Shown here: piece by piece, positions 36,926-48,404 of the stretch
How positions within the stretch are numbered: the first letter of the stretch is position 1
Layout of the letters: each line of letters starts with the position of its first letter
DNA from: Felis catus
Lineage: Eukaryota
Reading direction: 5' to 3'
Assembly (NCBI RefSeq): GCF_018350175.1
Contig: NC_058368.1
Coordinates: 218,490,001-218,554,000, forward strand
DNA: 64,000 bases
Made by a program: the position numbers and the translations under genes
Notes under the pieces: generated by a model
Seen by the model: the letters and a program-made list of their open reading frames with translations, nothing else
Told to the model about the DNA's origin: nothing
The model's database searches: none

Positions 36926-37137
36926 GGGGCGCCTGTTAAGGGTGGCTCAGTTGGTCCAGTGTCTGACTTCGACTCAGGTCATGATCTCACAGTTTATGAG
37001 TTTGAGCCCCACATGGGCTCACTGCTGTCACTGTGGAGCCTGCTTGGGCTCTTCTGTCTCCTTCTCTGGCACTCCCTACTCATGTTTTCTCTCTCTCTCT
37101 CTCTCTCTCTGAAAAATAGATAAAATATTAAAAAAAT
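36926..37137 (+). mobile_element. Can-SINE (older)
   Basis: GGGGCGCCTG head with small insertion, (CT)n, A tail. Confidence 0.92.
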
Positions 37138-37139
37138 GT

Positions 37140-37390
37140 TTATTGCTATAATTTCTTCCAAATAAATTTCTTACTATAATTTAGAAGAAATATACCAAAA
37201 ATGTGATATAATTTATCCATAAGGCATATGGAGATTCTGCTTAATGGATATTATACTTAAAAATAAATTACGGTGACATTCATTTTATGATGGGTACAAG
37301 CCAAGGCTGCAGACTATCAATGCTACTGCTAAATATAATAACATAAAAAATCTAGCCAATGCTATCAAGATAGGAAAAATAAAGCTCAAT
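37140..37390 (+). mobile_element. Old L1M RT fragment
   Basis: GGTACAAGCCAAGGCTGCAGACTATCAATGCTACTG...CTAGCCAATGCTATCAAG resembles GTRQGCPLSPLL...LANAIR. Confidence 0.7.
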
Positions 37391-37545
37391 TCAAACATTT
37401 TTCCTTCAAAGATATTATTTAAATTCAAGTTAGTTAACTTATAATATACTATTGGTTTCAGAAGTATAATTTAGTGATTCATCACTTACATATTACACTT
37501 AGTGCCCCTCATATGTGCCCTCCTTAATGCCCATAACTCATTTAA

Positions 37546-37753
37546 AAAATTAATGTTTATTTGTTTTTGAAAGAGAGAGCCAGAGTGGGAGCAGGGGACA
37601 GTCAGAGAGAGAGGAAGACACAGAATCTGAAGCAGGCTCCAGGCTCTGAGCTGTCAGCACAGAGAGCCCAATGCGGGGCTTGAACTTACAAACCGTGAGA
37701 TCATGACCTGAACTGAAGTCGGACGCTTAACCGACTGAGCCACCCAGGCGCCC
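37546..37753 (-). mobile_element. Can-SINE nested in L1
   Basis: TSD TCATTTAA. Confidence 0.94.
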
Positions 37754-38153
37754 TGTCATTTAATCCATCTCCATACACACCTTCTCTCCAGCAACCCTCA
37801 GTTTGTTCTCTATAGTTAAGAGTCTCTTATGGTTTGCCTCCCTCTCTGGTTTTTTATCTTATTTTGTTTTTCCTTCCCTCTCCTTATGGTCATCTGTTTT
37901 GTTTCTTAAATTCCCACATATGAGTGAAATCTTATGGCATTTTTCTTCCTCTGACTTATTTTACTTAGCACAATACATTCTAGCTCCAACCACACCTTTG
38001 CAAATGACAAATTTCATTCATTTTGATGGCTGAGTAATATTCCATATATCACTACTTCTTTATCCATCCATCAGTTGATGGACATTTGAGCTCCTTAATA
38101 ATTTGGTTATTATTGAGAGTGTTGCTATAGACATCAGGTGCATGTGCCCCTTT

Positions 38154-38180
38154 ATTTTTTTCTTAATTTATTTTTATTTT

Positions 38181-38227
<47 letters not shown>

Positions 38228-38388
38228 CAAGCAGGAAAAGGGCAGAGGGAGAGGGAGGGGACGAATCCCAAGCAGGTTCCACTCTTAGTGCAGAGCCCCA
38301 CATAGGGCTTAATCCCACAACTGTGAGATCATGGCCTCAGCCTAAATCAAGAGATGGATGCGTAACCAACCAAGCCACGCAGGAGCCC
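38154..38388 (-). mobile_element. Can-SINE nested in L1
   Basis: (GA)n; TSD TGCCCCTTTA. Confidence 0.93.
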
Positions 38389-39180
38389 CATGCCCCTTTA
38401 AATCAGTATTTTTGTATCCTTTGGATAAATTTCTAGTAGTTCAATTTCTGGGTCATAGAGTAGTTCTATTTATAGCTTTTTGAGGAACCTCCATACTGTC
38501 TTCCAGAGTGGCTGCACCAGTTTGCATTCACACCAACAGTGTAAGAGGGATCCCCTTTCTCCACATCCTCGCCAACATCTGTTGTGTCTTGAGTTGTTAA
38601 TTTTTGCCATTCTGACAGGTGTAAGATGGTATCTCACTGTGGTTTTGATTTGTACTTCCCCAATGATGTGTGATGTTGAGCACTTTTTCATATGTCTGTT
38701 AGACATTTGTATGTCTTCTTTGGAGAAATGTCTGTTTTGTGAGAATCCAAGGGCCAACTGCTAGGAGAGTAGATATGTAAAATGAGAAAAAATGGTTGCC
38801 ATCTATTGTGGGTTGAATTGTGTTCTCCAAAAAAGTATGTTAAAGTCCTCACTCTTAATATCTGTGAATGTTACCTTATTTAGATATAGGGTCTTTGCAA
38901 AGGTAATAAATTTAAGATAAGGCTATTCTCAGGATGGGTACTAATCCAACAGTACTGGTGTCTTTGTAATAAATGAAAACAGAAAGACATGCATACCGAA
39001 AGAATGCCATGTGACGACAGAGGTAGAGATTGGTATGATGCATACACAGGCCAAGGGATGCCAAGGATTGAGGACAACACCAGGAACTAAAAGAATTGCA
39101 TGGAAATGATTCTCTCAGAATCTTCAGAAAGAACATGGTCCTGATTTTGGACTTCTAGCATCAAGAACTATGAAAGCTTC

Positions 39181-39391
39181 AGGGTGCCTGCATGGCTCAG
39201 TTGGTTAAGTGTCAGACTCTTGATTTTGGATCAGGTCATTATCTCACAGTTAGTGAGTTCGAGCCCCACCTCAGTCTCTGCACTGACAGTGAAGAGCCTG
39301 CTTGGAATTCTCTCTCTCTCTCCCTCTCTCTCTCTCTCTGTCCCTCCCCCACTCTTGTGTATTCTCTCTCTCAAAATAAATAAGCTTACAA
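39181..39391 (+). mobile_element. Can-SINE nested in MLT1
   Basis: TSD AAGAACTATGAAAGCTTC / AAAAACTTTGAGAGCTGC. Confidence 0.94.
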
Positions 39392-39450
39392 AAAAACTTT
39401 GAGAGCTGCAATTTTTTTTTTAATTTAAAGACATCCAGTTTGTAGCACTT

Positions 39451-39722
39451 CTCTTTTTCTTTATTTTTTAATTTTTTTTAGTGTTTACTTATTTATGAGA
39501 GAGAGAGAGAGATTGAGAGAGAGACAGAGAGAGACAGAGAGAGAGACAGAGAGACAGAGAGATAGCCTGAGCAGGGGAGGGGCAGAGAGAGAGGGAGACA
39601 CAGGATCTGAAGCAGGCTCCAGGCTTTCAGAGCCTGACATGGGGCTTGAACTCACCAACCATGAGATCATGACCTGAGCCCAAGTCAGATGCTTAAACAA
39701 CTGAGTCCCACCCAGGCATAGC
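39451..39722 (-). mobile_element. Can-SINE nested in MLT1
   Basis: Extended GAGACA repeat; TSD TGTAGCACTT. Confidence 0.93.
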
Positions 39723-40029
39723 CACCCAACTGTAGCACTTTTTCATGGACTCTTTAGGAAACTAATACAACATCAAATAATAATCAGCAGTTAGGTTAGC
39801 AGTTAGGTTGAATATGCCTATAATAGCATAAGGGAATCAAAACAATATAATTTGAGTGCACAGTAAAAGTAAAAGCAGAATAGAATATATAATACAAGTT
39901 ATGTAAATTAAGATGCATGCATACATTATATGTATGTGTATGTACTGCAAAGAGCACATTGAAATATACTGCAATATTTACCTTTTAGGGTAGTGTAATG
40001 AATTTGAGTTATGAACATAAAGAATAACA

Positions 40030-40665
40030 AAAATAAGACAGTGCTATCAAAACTTACTGCAAATCTATTGATCTCAGCATGGTCTAATTATTTTTAGGAT
40101 AGTATATAGACCAGTGAAAAAGATCGTAAGTAAAAATAATTCACACATATGTGGTAAACTGGTTTACAACTGAGTTAACAGTCAGTACACATCAATGGGG
40201 GAAAACTAGTTTCAACAAATAGTACTGAAACAACTAGATATCCATATAGAAAGAAAAAAGCAAACCTTGATCATAATCTTACACTATTCACAAATTCAAT
40301 TGTAGAGAAATAGAAGCTTAAACATAGAAGCTAAAAGTATAAAATGTTTAGAAGAAAAGATAGAAGAAATACAATTTTTGAGGTATTATATAAACAAAGA
40401 TATTAGAAAAGTCAAATTTATATGAAGTCAAAATTATAAGATTACCAATTGGACTTCATCAAACCTAAAAACCTGTGGTCTTCAATAAAATATATTAAGG
40501 AAAGAAAAGGGCATTCTCATTCAATGCTCATGGAATAGACCATGTAGTCATTCAGAGTGCAATGTGGCCTTCTGAGCAAAAAAGAAAGTATCCTTGTATA
40601 TACTCTTCAATAGAGAATGTTCTATGTGTATATTTCAAAGAAGTTCTCACAAAACTCATTAACTA
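40030..40665 (+). mobile_element. Old L1M ORF2 C-terminal remnant
   Basis: TTTCAACAAATAGTACTGAAACAACTAGATATCCATA...TTGGACTTCATCAAA. Confidence 0.8.
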
Positions 40666-40793
40666 TATATAAATATATACATATATCTATAAATATATGT
40701 ATGTATATACATAGATATATGTATATAAATGTATATATACACATGTGTGTGTATATATATATGTGTGTGTATACACACACACACACACATATA
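40663..40793. repeat. TA/TG/CA low-complexity dinucleotide tract
   Basis: Read directly. Confidence 0.9.
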
Positions 40794-41764
40794 CTCAAGT
40801 ACTATTTGTTGTAGTAAGAACTTGGAAGGTTTCTGTGTGTTAATAGCTAGATTAGATAGGTAAAATGTGGTATACTGAATGAACATAAATTATCAAAGAC
40901 AATAAATCAAAGGTTAGGAGCAATAAATGAATACTACTCTAGATGAACAGTAAAATATAAAATTAAGTAAAAATAGGTACATTAGAATTGTTATCCAATA
41001 GTATATACTGAATAATGGATGTGGAATATAGGAATAAAACAGAATAAAAAATAAGAAAAGCAAGTAAAGGAACTTGTATACACTAATGATAGTATGCTGA
41101 CATCAACTTAAGAGCTTGAGACATGAATGTCTCTGCTCATAAAGTTCTTTACCCTAAAATTTCATAGTATGTGTAGCAAAATCCAATTTCTATTTAATAC
41201 ATGTTGGTTATATTATCCTTCAAAATGCAATCTAGTGCCTACATAAATGTGTAATGATATGTGTAGGCAATACACTTCTAATTTGTGAATTTTTTTCAGG
41301 CACTAGTCAGGCACATTTAAATCAGCCTAATTGTTCAGTGAACATCATATTTATCTTTATACACTTTAATTTACTTTCAATAAAGGCAGACAGCTACAAA
41401 AATAAACTTGATATGTAATGTGATGAGCTATAAAAAATTGCAAATATAAATTCATAATCATTAGTTAAATTACAGGAACCTTGGGTGAAAATTCATTATA
41501 TTCTCTCTTGAATTATAGGAATAAATAGCATTTTGAGCAAGACATGTATATCTTTAATTGCTTTAAAATACAATAAACTGGAGTTGAAAGATTTTCTTAA
41601 CTGTATCTATGAAGGAAAATAAATTTAGGTTACCTGAATTTGATTTTCAGTTTTATTTCTTTAATTTAGATTTTAAGAGCCACGAATAAGTAATGCTTTA
41701 TGTGAGTTATAATACTGATTAGTTAAAATATAAGAAATTAGAAAAATTTGGGATCTTTATTTTT

Positions 41765-41930
41765 ATTATAGACATTTACTGCTGTAAATTTCTCAGTAAG
41801 CACCGCTTTAGTGTATCCTATAAGTTAGGTGTGGTGTGTCTTCATTTTGATTTGTCTCAGTTTTTTCCTCAAATCCATTTTGATATCTACTTCAACTCAC
41901 TGGTTACTTAAGTATGTGTTGTTTAAAATT
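41765..41930 (-). mobile_element. L1M ORF2 fragment
   Basis: CATTTACTGCTGTAAATTT...GCACCGCTTTAG...AGTATGTGTTGTTTAA, antisense of the LNN...AKAVLRGKF region. Confidence 0.75.
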
Positions 41931-41931
41931 T

Positions 41932-42115
41932 GGGGCCCCTGGATGGCTCAGTTGGTTTAGCGTCTCTTAGAGGTTTAGGCTTAAGTCATGATCTCATGGT
42001 TTCATGATTTTGAGCCCCACATCGGATTCTTTCTCTCTACCTCTCTCTTCCTGTCCCCCACTCATGCTGTCTCTCTCTCTCAAAAATGAATAAATAAAAA
42101 AATACAAAAATAAAA
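41932..42115 (+). mobile_element. Can-SINE with internal deletion
   Basis: Head, GTCATGATCTC, CT tract, A tail; middle segment missing. Confidence 0.9.
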
Positions 42116-43691
42116 TCTATATCTATGTCACTTGAAAATATCATAACATATTGTCTGTTCCCACAGATATTTGCTGATGAAGACACCCCAATTATTAACT
42201 CTGGTTTTGCTACTTATGATTACAATTACATCCACTTTGCCTCTATAATATTTAATTATATCTTCTGGATTTTTTAATTCCCAAATTCACACTAATCTCA
42301 GTTCCATGAAAATATTTCTTTCCTCCAACTGCAGCCTATATAGGCAGCTACCACTAAGCTTCTTATAATACCAGTGTCTTGCCTTACTAGCACATTCTTC
42401 ATTATCTTCCTGTAAGGAGTGTCCTTTGGTCTCACTCAAAAAACTATAAGCAGGCACAGACTCTTAGATTTTACTTCGCAGTGGCATTCTAACATTTTCA
42501 CCTACCAGAACCTTCCCCTTCCTGAATAATATACCAGATAATTTCTGTCACTTTCGTGTCCACAGCAAAATTTATTCCAGGTTTTTTTTTTGCTAAAATT
42601 CAGAATTCTGACTCATGAGAGAGTGTACCTATGTTATAAAATGCCTTTCTAAATTAGCCTTATATTCAGCCCCACGAGCCATCATGTCCCCCTCCTTAAT
42701 TCCCCCCAATCTATTTGTATTCATATTCCTTCTTTTCCTGCCTGCACACATTAGCTAGGACTATAGTTTCTTTGGAATTCTTGACATATTTATTCTGGAG
42801 AAGGAACTTTAACTTCTCCCTCATGCTGTTTTGATATAGATAACAAGTTGAGAGAGGTTAGGGTCAAAAGGAGAAGAAGCTTTATTTTATAAGCCACAAA
42901 AGTTATTAGGTCTCTAGGCAATATAGGGCTATTTTAATGACTTTTTCACCTCAAAACACACCAAATAATAAAAGGGACATTTCATTTATCATGGATTTAA
43001 AAAAAGACACCCAACAATTTATTTAACACAGCAGTTTCTAATCAGAAGGAAATAAAACAGAACCCATAATTTTTTGCTTTGCATGTATATGACAAGTAAA
43101 AACGAGTAATGTCTGCATGTTCTTTGGTATGTGAGAATGTTTGCTATTTCCTTGATTTTGAAGGCCCATATATTCAGTCATTATTTAATCCTAAATTATT
43201 TTTGTATTATACACTTACATGTAAGTGCAGTGTAAGTTATTCACGTGTCCTCAGAAGTTTGAACACTGTTGAGTAAAACTGAACAAAAAGAATGCGCCAC
43301 TGAAACAATGATAATCCCATAGCCCTTCTCCATGAGCTATCAGCCATTCTGGTCCTCTGGTTTTAGTATGGCGAGTGGGACAATCCTTCATAACACTGCA
43401 TCTTACACTGAAGCAATTAATTTGTTTATATCATTATTGATAATTTATAAAATATGTGCACATCATGTAATTGATATGTTTCTACACATGAAAGTTGCCT
43501 GAGCACCTCAAGAGAGATAAAACATTCATATTCTCCTGTTAAAATTAACAAAAGCATTTTATTTAACATAAAGGTTCTCAAGAATCTGTTAAGCAAGAGA
43601 TGGTTGTATTTGAATTATGAGATAGCATATAGTCTTCACAAAATACAAAACAAACTTTATGTTATTGCTTCAGATAAAATTGCAATAAGAC

Positions 43692-44053
43692 TATATTAAG
43701 CTCTCTGGGGCAGCGGTAACAAAGTACTACAGACTAGGTGGCTTCAACAACAGAAATTTATTTTCTAACAGTTGTGAAAGTGTTGTTTCTTTTTGAGGCC
43801 TCTCCCTCTCTTCTTGAGTAGTAGGAAACAGTCTGTTCCCTTGTCTTCCCATGGCCTTCCTTTTGTATGTGTCTATATCCAAATTTTATTTTCTTACAAG
43901 GACATCAGGAATGTTGAATCAGGATCCACTCTAATGACCTCATTTTAAATGAATTACTTCTTTAAAGGCCCTATTTCCAAATATAGTCACATTCTAAGGT
44001 ACTAGGGTTAGAACTTCAACAAACAAATTTGGGAGGGGGTGGTGGGCATAACA
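43692..44053 (-). mobile_element. MLT1A/B-like LTR
   Basis: ACAGACTAGGTGGCTTCAACAACAGAAATTTATT...ATGACCTCATTTTAA...GTCACATTCTAAGGTACTAGGGTTAG...CATAACA. Confidence 0.85.
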
Positions 44054-44286
44054 CAGATTTATATTTACAATTTGGTGCATAGACCTTCAAAATATATTCA
44101 AACGTATATTGTTGTATGTTCAAGGAAGATGACAGCAAAAAGTAAACCCTATTTAACATAAATTATTTAAATGATTCTTAGACAGAAAGCTTCAGGGAAA
44201 AGGAGAAAGCCAAGGCAATTGAATTGTTTTGTCTTTTTCATGCCATAATGTTTTGTTGTTGTTTCTGTTGTCAGTTCTATTATATT

Positions 44287-44484
44287 AGGAGTCAGAGAAT
44301 TATGGCCCACTATCTCTTTTTGTAAATGAGGTTTTATTGGAAAACACTCATATCTATTTATTTATGTGCTACCAATGTGTTTTTATGATAAAATTGCAGA
44401 ATTGAGTAATTGTGACAGAGATTTTATGGTCTACAAAGTCTATTTATTATCTGGTCAATTAGATAAAAAACAACAGAAACCCTC
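44287..44484 (-). mobile_element. MER58A-like (hAT-Charlie)
   Basis: TTTTTGTAAATGAGGTTTTATTGGAA...GCAGAATTGAGTAATTGTGACAGAGA; opposite orientation to the 28368 copy. Confidence 0.75.
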
Positions 44485-44567
44485 TAGTATATCATTGACT
44501 TATTTCTCTTTTATTCCTATTATTACTTCCATGGCTTAAAAACTGGAAATAATAAATAGAAGAAAAT

Positions 44568-44619
44568 AAAGAAAAGAAAAGAAAAGAAAAGAAAAGAAAA
44601 GAAAAGAAAAGAAAAGAAA
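44568..44619. repeat. (GAAAA)n pentanucleotide STR, about 9-10 units
   Basis: Read directly. Confidence 0.95.
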
Positions 44620-45477
44620 TATCAACTCTTTCCACAGCCTCTATTTTGCACTGGAATTTAGAAATACCTGAAAAGTTGATATTAAAAAGTAACAGATATA
44701 ATTATTAACTTCAGTAATAAAACTTTCTCTTCTGGGGTTACTCATTAGGATCTTTCAAATTATGACCAGTCATATTATCTAACATATTCAATTTAGAGAC
44801 TTTATTTGAAACTATAAATGTCTCCCAGTTTTTTTTTAATCTGTTCTTCTATTACAAAAAAAAATGAAGCAATCAAACTAATTATTTTTAACATAATTTA
44901 TTTTTAACATAAAAGTATGGCACCTTAGTTTAAAGTCAGGTACTCAGCTCACTGAAAAATTAATCTACATTCTTCCACGATGTTTACATTAGAGTGCACA
45001 ATAAGGTTTGTATGCATTTGTTTCCCTTGTTTAAAGTAGTTTAACACATGTGCATTCTTTGACATTAGCAGTATTGTTACAATATCACATATATGTGGTA
45101 TTGATATTATCTGAATTCATTAGAAAAGCGTTTCATACACTGCACTTAGATGTGCAATAATTCACTTAATTTTATGTATCCTGTGGAAAGTGGAAAAAGA
45201 ACAAACTCATAGAGCTCCATGGTAGAGGCACATATTGGAACTGTTAGCTAAAAGAATATATGAATATTCAGCTCATGAATTAAATAAAATTAGCTTAATT
45301 ATATGTGACTACCAATGGAACTGCATATCAATGTTAGCTCCTTTTTTCCTTTTACTATGTATTTAATCTACCTACATTTGATCGCCTATTATATTACATT
45401 TGTTAAATACCCATGAATTCAGTAGATAATAGATACAGAATTTTGAATACTGTCATACATATCTTAACTTTCTTCCT

Positions 45478-45927
45478 TATTTTTTAAAGTTTATTTACTT
45501 TGAGAGAGAGCAAAAGTGGGGGGGTAGGTAGAGAGAGAATCCTAAGCAGGTTCCTCACTGTCAGCACAGAGACCGACATGGGGCTCCAACTCACTAACCG
45601 TGAGATCATGACTTGATTAAGAAATGAAGAGTCAAGGGCGCCTGGGTGGCTCAGTCGGTTGAGTGTCCAACTTCCTCTCGGGTCATGATCTCACGGTTTG
45701 TGGGTTCGAGCCCCAAATCGGGCTCTGTGCGATGGCTTGGGAGTCTGGAGCCTGCTTCTGATTCTGTGTCTCCCTGTCTCTCTGCCTCTCCCCTGCTCGC
45801 GCTCTGTCTCTCTGTCTCTCTCTCTCTGTCTCAAAGATAAACATGAAAAAAAATAAAAATAAACAAAATCAAATAAAAAAGAAATCAAGAGTCAGACGCT
45901 TAGCCAACTGAGACACCCAGGTGCCCC
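45478..45927 (-). mobile_element. Can-SINE split by a nested SINE
   Basis: Body 45478-45634 and head 45879-45927 are colinear. Confidence 0.92.
45635..45878 (+). mobile_element. Can-SINE nested antisense within a SINE
   Basis: TSD AAGAAATGAAGAGTCA (45619-45634) / AAGAAATCAAGAGTCA (45879-45894). Confidence 0.95.
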
Positions 45928-46524
45928 TGCATCTTACTTTTTTAATTTTCAACACATCTATTTTGAACCTTTTTAAAAAGTAGATCTAATGTATTATATA
46001 CACAGGAAATTACCAGAAGACAAAGGAGGTCATTAAAGGGTAGAATTTTAAAATATTTTATTATATTATTTTCAGCTTTAAAAAATTGTAAATAAAAATG
46101 AATAAAATAAATATCAATTTTATATGCAGCATTTCCCTTTCCTGTATTTTTTAAATTTCAACATAAAGATTTAGCAGTAATGTGTTCATTTCTCCTAACA
46201 TCATATTCATTAAATTCATTCAAAATGAAAATGAGAATTAAAAATATATTCAGTTGTATAATTAAATACATCTTATACATTTTGTATAAAATGATTGTAG
46301 TCTGCTTAAAAATACAGTGATGTCTACAACAGGCTTAAGGCATTAACATCTGTTTCTACTGATTTCAAAATCAGATGATGTATTCTTTACTAAGCATGAA
46401 AAAATTTTGATAAAATTTAAATCACACAAAATGTATCTAGTAAAATTCAATGATTTTACTCTGAATAATATTGTTCTTTCAAAAAATAACTATGAGAAAA
46501 ATACAGAAATATTTATGGGATTTT

Positions 46525-46758
46525 TAAAATTTTATTTTTATTAATTTTTTTAATGTGTATTCATTTTTGAGAGAGAGAGAGAGAAACAGAGCGCAAGGAG
46601 GGAAGGGACAGAGAGAGAGGGAGATGCAGAATCCGAAGCAGGCTGCATGCTCTGAGCTGTCATCACAGAGCCTGACATGGGCTTAAACTCACAAACTGTG
46701 ACATCATGATCTGAACTGAAGTCAAGGGGCTTAACCTACTGAGCCACCCAAGTGCCCC
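46525..46758 (-). mobile_element. Can-SINE
   Basis: Full body; TSD approximately TTTATGGGA / TTCATGGGA. Confidence 0.94.
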
Positions 46759-47968
46759 TTCATGGGAAAATTTTGTCTAGATTCTGAATAATATTTTATT
46801 ACGAAGAACAAGAATTTCTCCAACTTTTGAATTTAGGCAATGATTATGCATAGTTTTTTATCTTTTCCACTTAGAAAAACCAGAATGGTGTTTGACATGG
46901 TAGGATGGATAAGACCATGGATACTGAACATGGTTAAAATTAAACATATTCACAGAATAAACAGCTGAAAAACTAACCATGTGCTGGATCACTAAATTTG
47001 TGGTAGGCATATATATTCCAATTGAATTTTAGTCATAATCAAAGCTATTCAATAACTATTTTCCACTAAAACAAGAAAATATACTTTATTATAGCTAAAA
47101 CAGAAATTGTTTTTTCCTCTGACCTTCATTCTTGTGCTAACCAGCTGATTGACTTGTGACTTGTACTGATTGACGGGGCAGAAATGCAAAGGCTTTGCAA
47201 TTAATAATTCTCTGCTGCTGCTGCTGCTGAGTACTAAGACCTTCATTTTAAATTATGCCAGCATGCTTCACAATTTAATCATAGCCCAAGGAATGAGCAC
47301 TACAGTTTTTAATCAAAGATTTTTTCTGACTGAATAAGTTTAACCTTCTATAATATTTCAGTACAAACCTAAAACATATCTTAAGTGTATTTTTTCTAAA
47401 AAATGCCCAAATTGTATTTTGGTCTTTATAATTTTGTTTATTCATTTCCTTTTGTTTCTCTTTAACCTGATGTTTCCATGTCCATCCAACATATACATGG
47501 CTAACTACATATGCATGATTAGATTTAAGTGTTTATTTTGAAAAAATAAATATTCACACTACATCATCACCTTTTCACTCTAAAAACCTTAACTGTTGCC
47601 ATATATTTTCATCAAGAAATAAATTTACTGTCAAATGTTGGTGTTTTTTTAACCAAAGTAACATATATTAACCCAAAACACTCAAAATATTAAGGTGTGG
47701 TGGAAAGCCTAAAGTTTTTGCATAAAGAACAATTTCTCCTAGTGAAACACTGAACAACATATATAATATTTATATACATTTTAAGTCTTTTGAAGTCAAG
47801 GAACATAATGTTGAACAACATTGAACACTTTCTCTGAGATAATCTGCAAAAAAACCCAAAAGATATTGCTAGAAACTTCTATATATTAAATGAAACTTTG
47901 TTTTATTAGGATAAAAGGAAATTGAATTTGAAAGGATAGTGGTGAAAGTTCAAACCCAAATTTCTTTT

Positions 47969-48404
47969 AACTAAAAGGCAGCCTACAGAACGGAAGAATA
48001 TATTTGCAAATGATACATATGATAAAGGGTTAGTGTCCAAATCTATACAGAATTTATTAAACTAAACACCTAAAAAGTAAATAACCCAGTTGAGAAATGG
48101 GCAGAAGATGTGAATAGACACTTTTCCAAAGAAGACATCCAGCTGGCTAACAGACACATGAAAAGATGCTCAACATCACTCATCATCAGGGAAATACAAA
48201 TCAAAACCACAATGAGATACCACCTCACACCTGTTAGAATGGCTAAAGTTAACAACACAAGAAACAACAGGTGTTGGCGAGGATGTAGAGGAAGCGGAAC
48301 CCTCTTGCACTGTTGGTGGGAATGCAAACTGGTGCAGCCACTCTGGAAAACAGGATGGAGGTTCCTCAAAAACAAAAAAATAGAACTACCCTATCATCCA
48401 ACAT
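47969..48404 (+). mobile_element. Internal L1 ORF2 fragment (CCHC region), no 3'UTR or poly(A)
   Basis: ORF 48110-48415: [44 protein letters not shown]...[18 protein letters not shown]. Confidence 0.95.

Larger units (their letters stand above)
37398..38736 (-). mobile_element. Carnivore L1 3' portion with two nested SINEs
   Basis: ORF 38470-38757: [11 protein letters not shown]...[26 protein letters not shown]; 3'UTR toward lower coordinates. Confidence 0.95.
38804..39769 (+). mobile_element. MLT1C-like solo LTR with two nested SINEs
   Basis: TTGTGGGTTGAATTGTG...GTGAATGTTACCTTATTT...GGAAACTAATACA; 5-bp TSD CCATC/ACATC. Confidence 0.88.

Noticed and set aside
43212..43227. Perfect 16-bp palindrome CACTTACATGTAAGTG
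   Set aside because: One or a few palindromes of this length are expected by chance in 64 kb of AT-rich DNA
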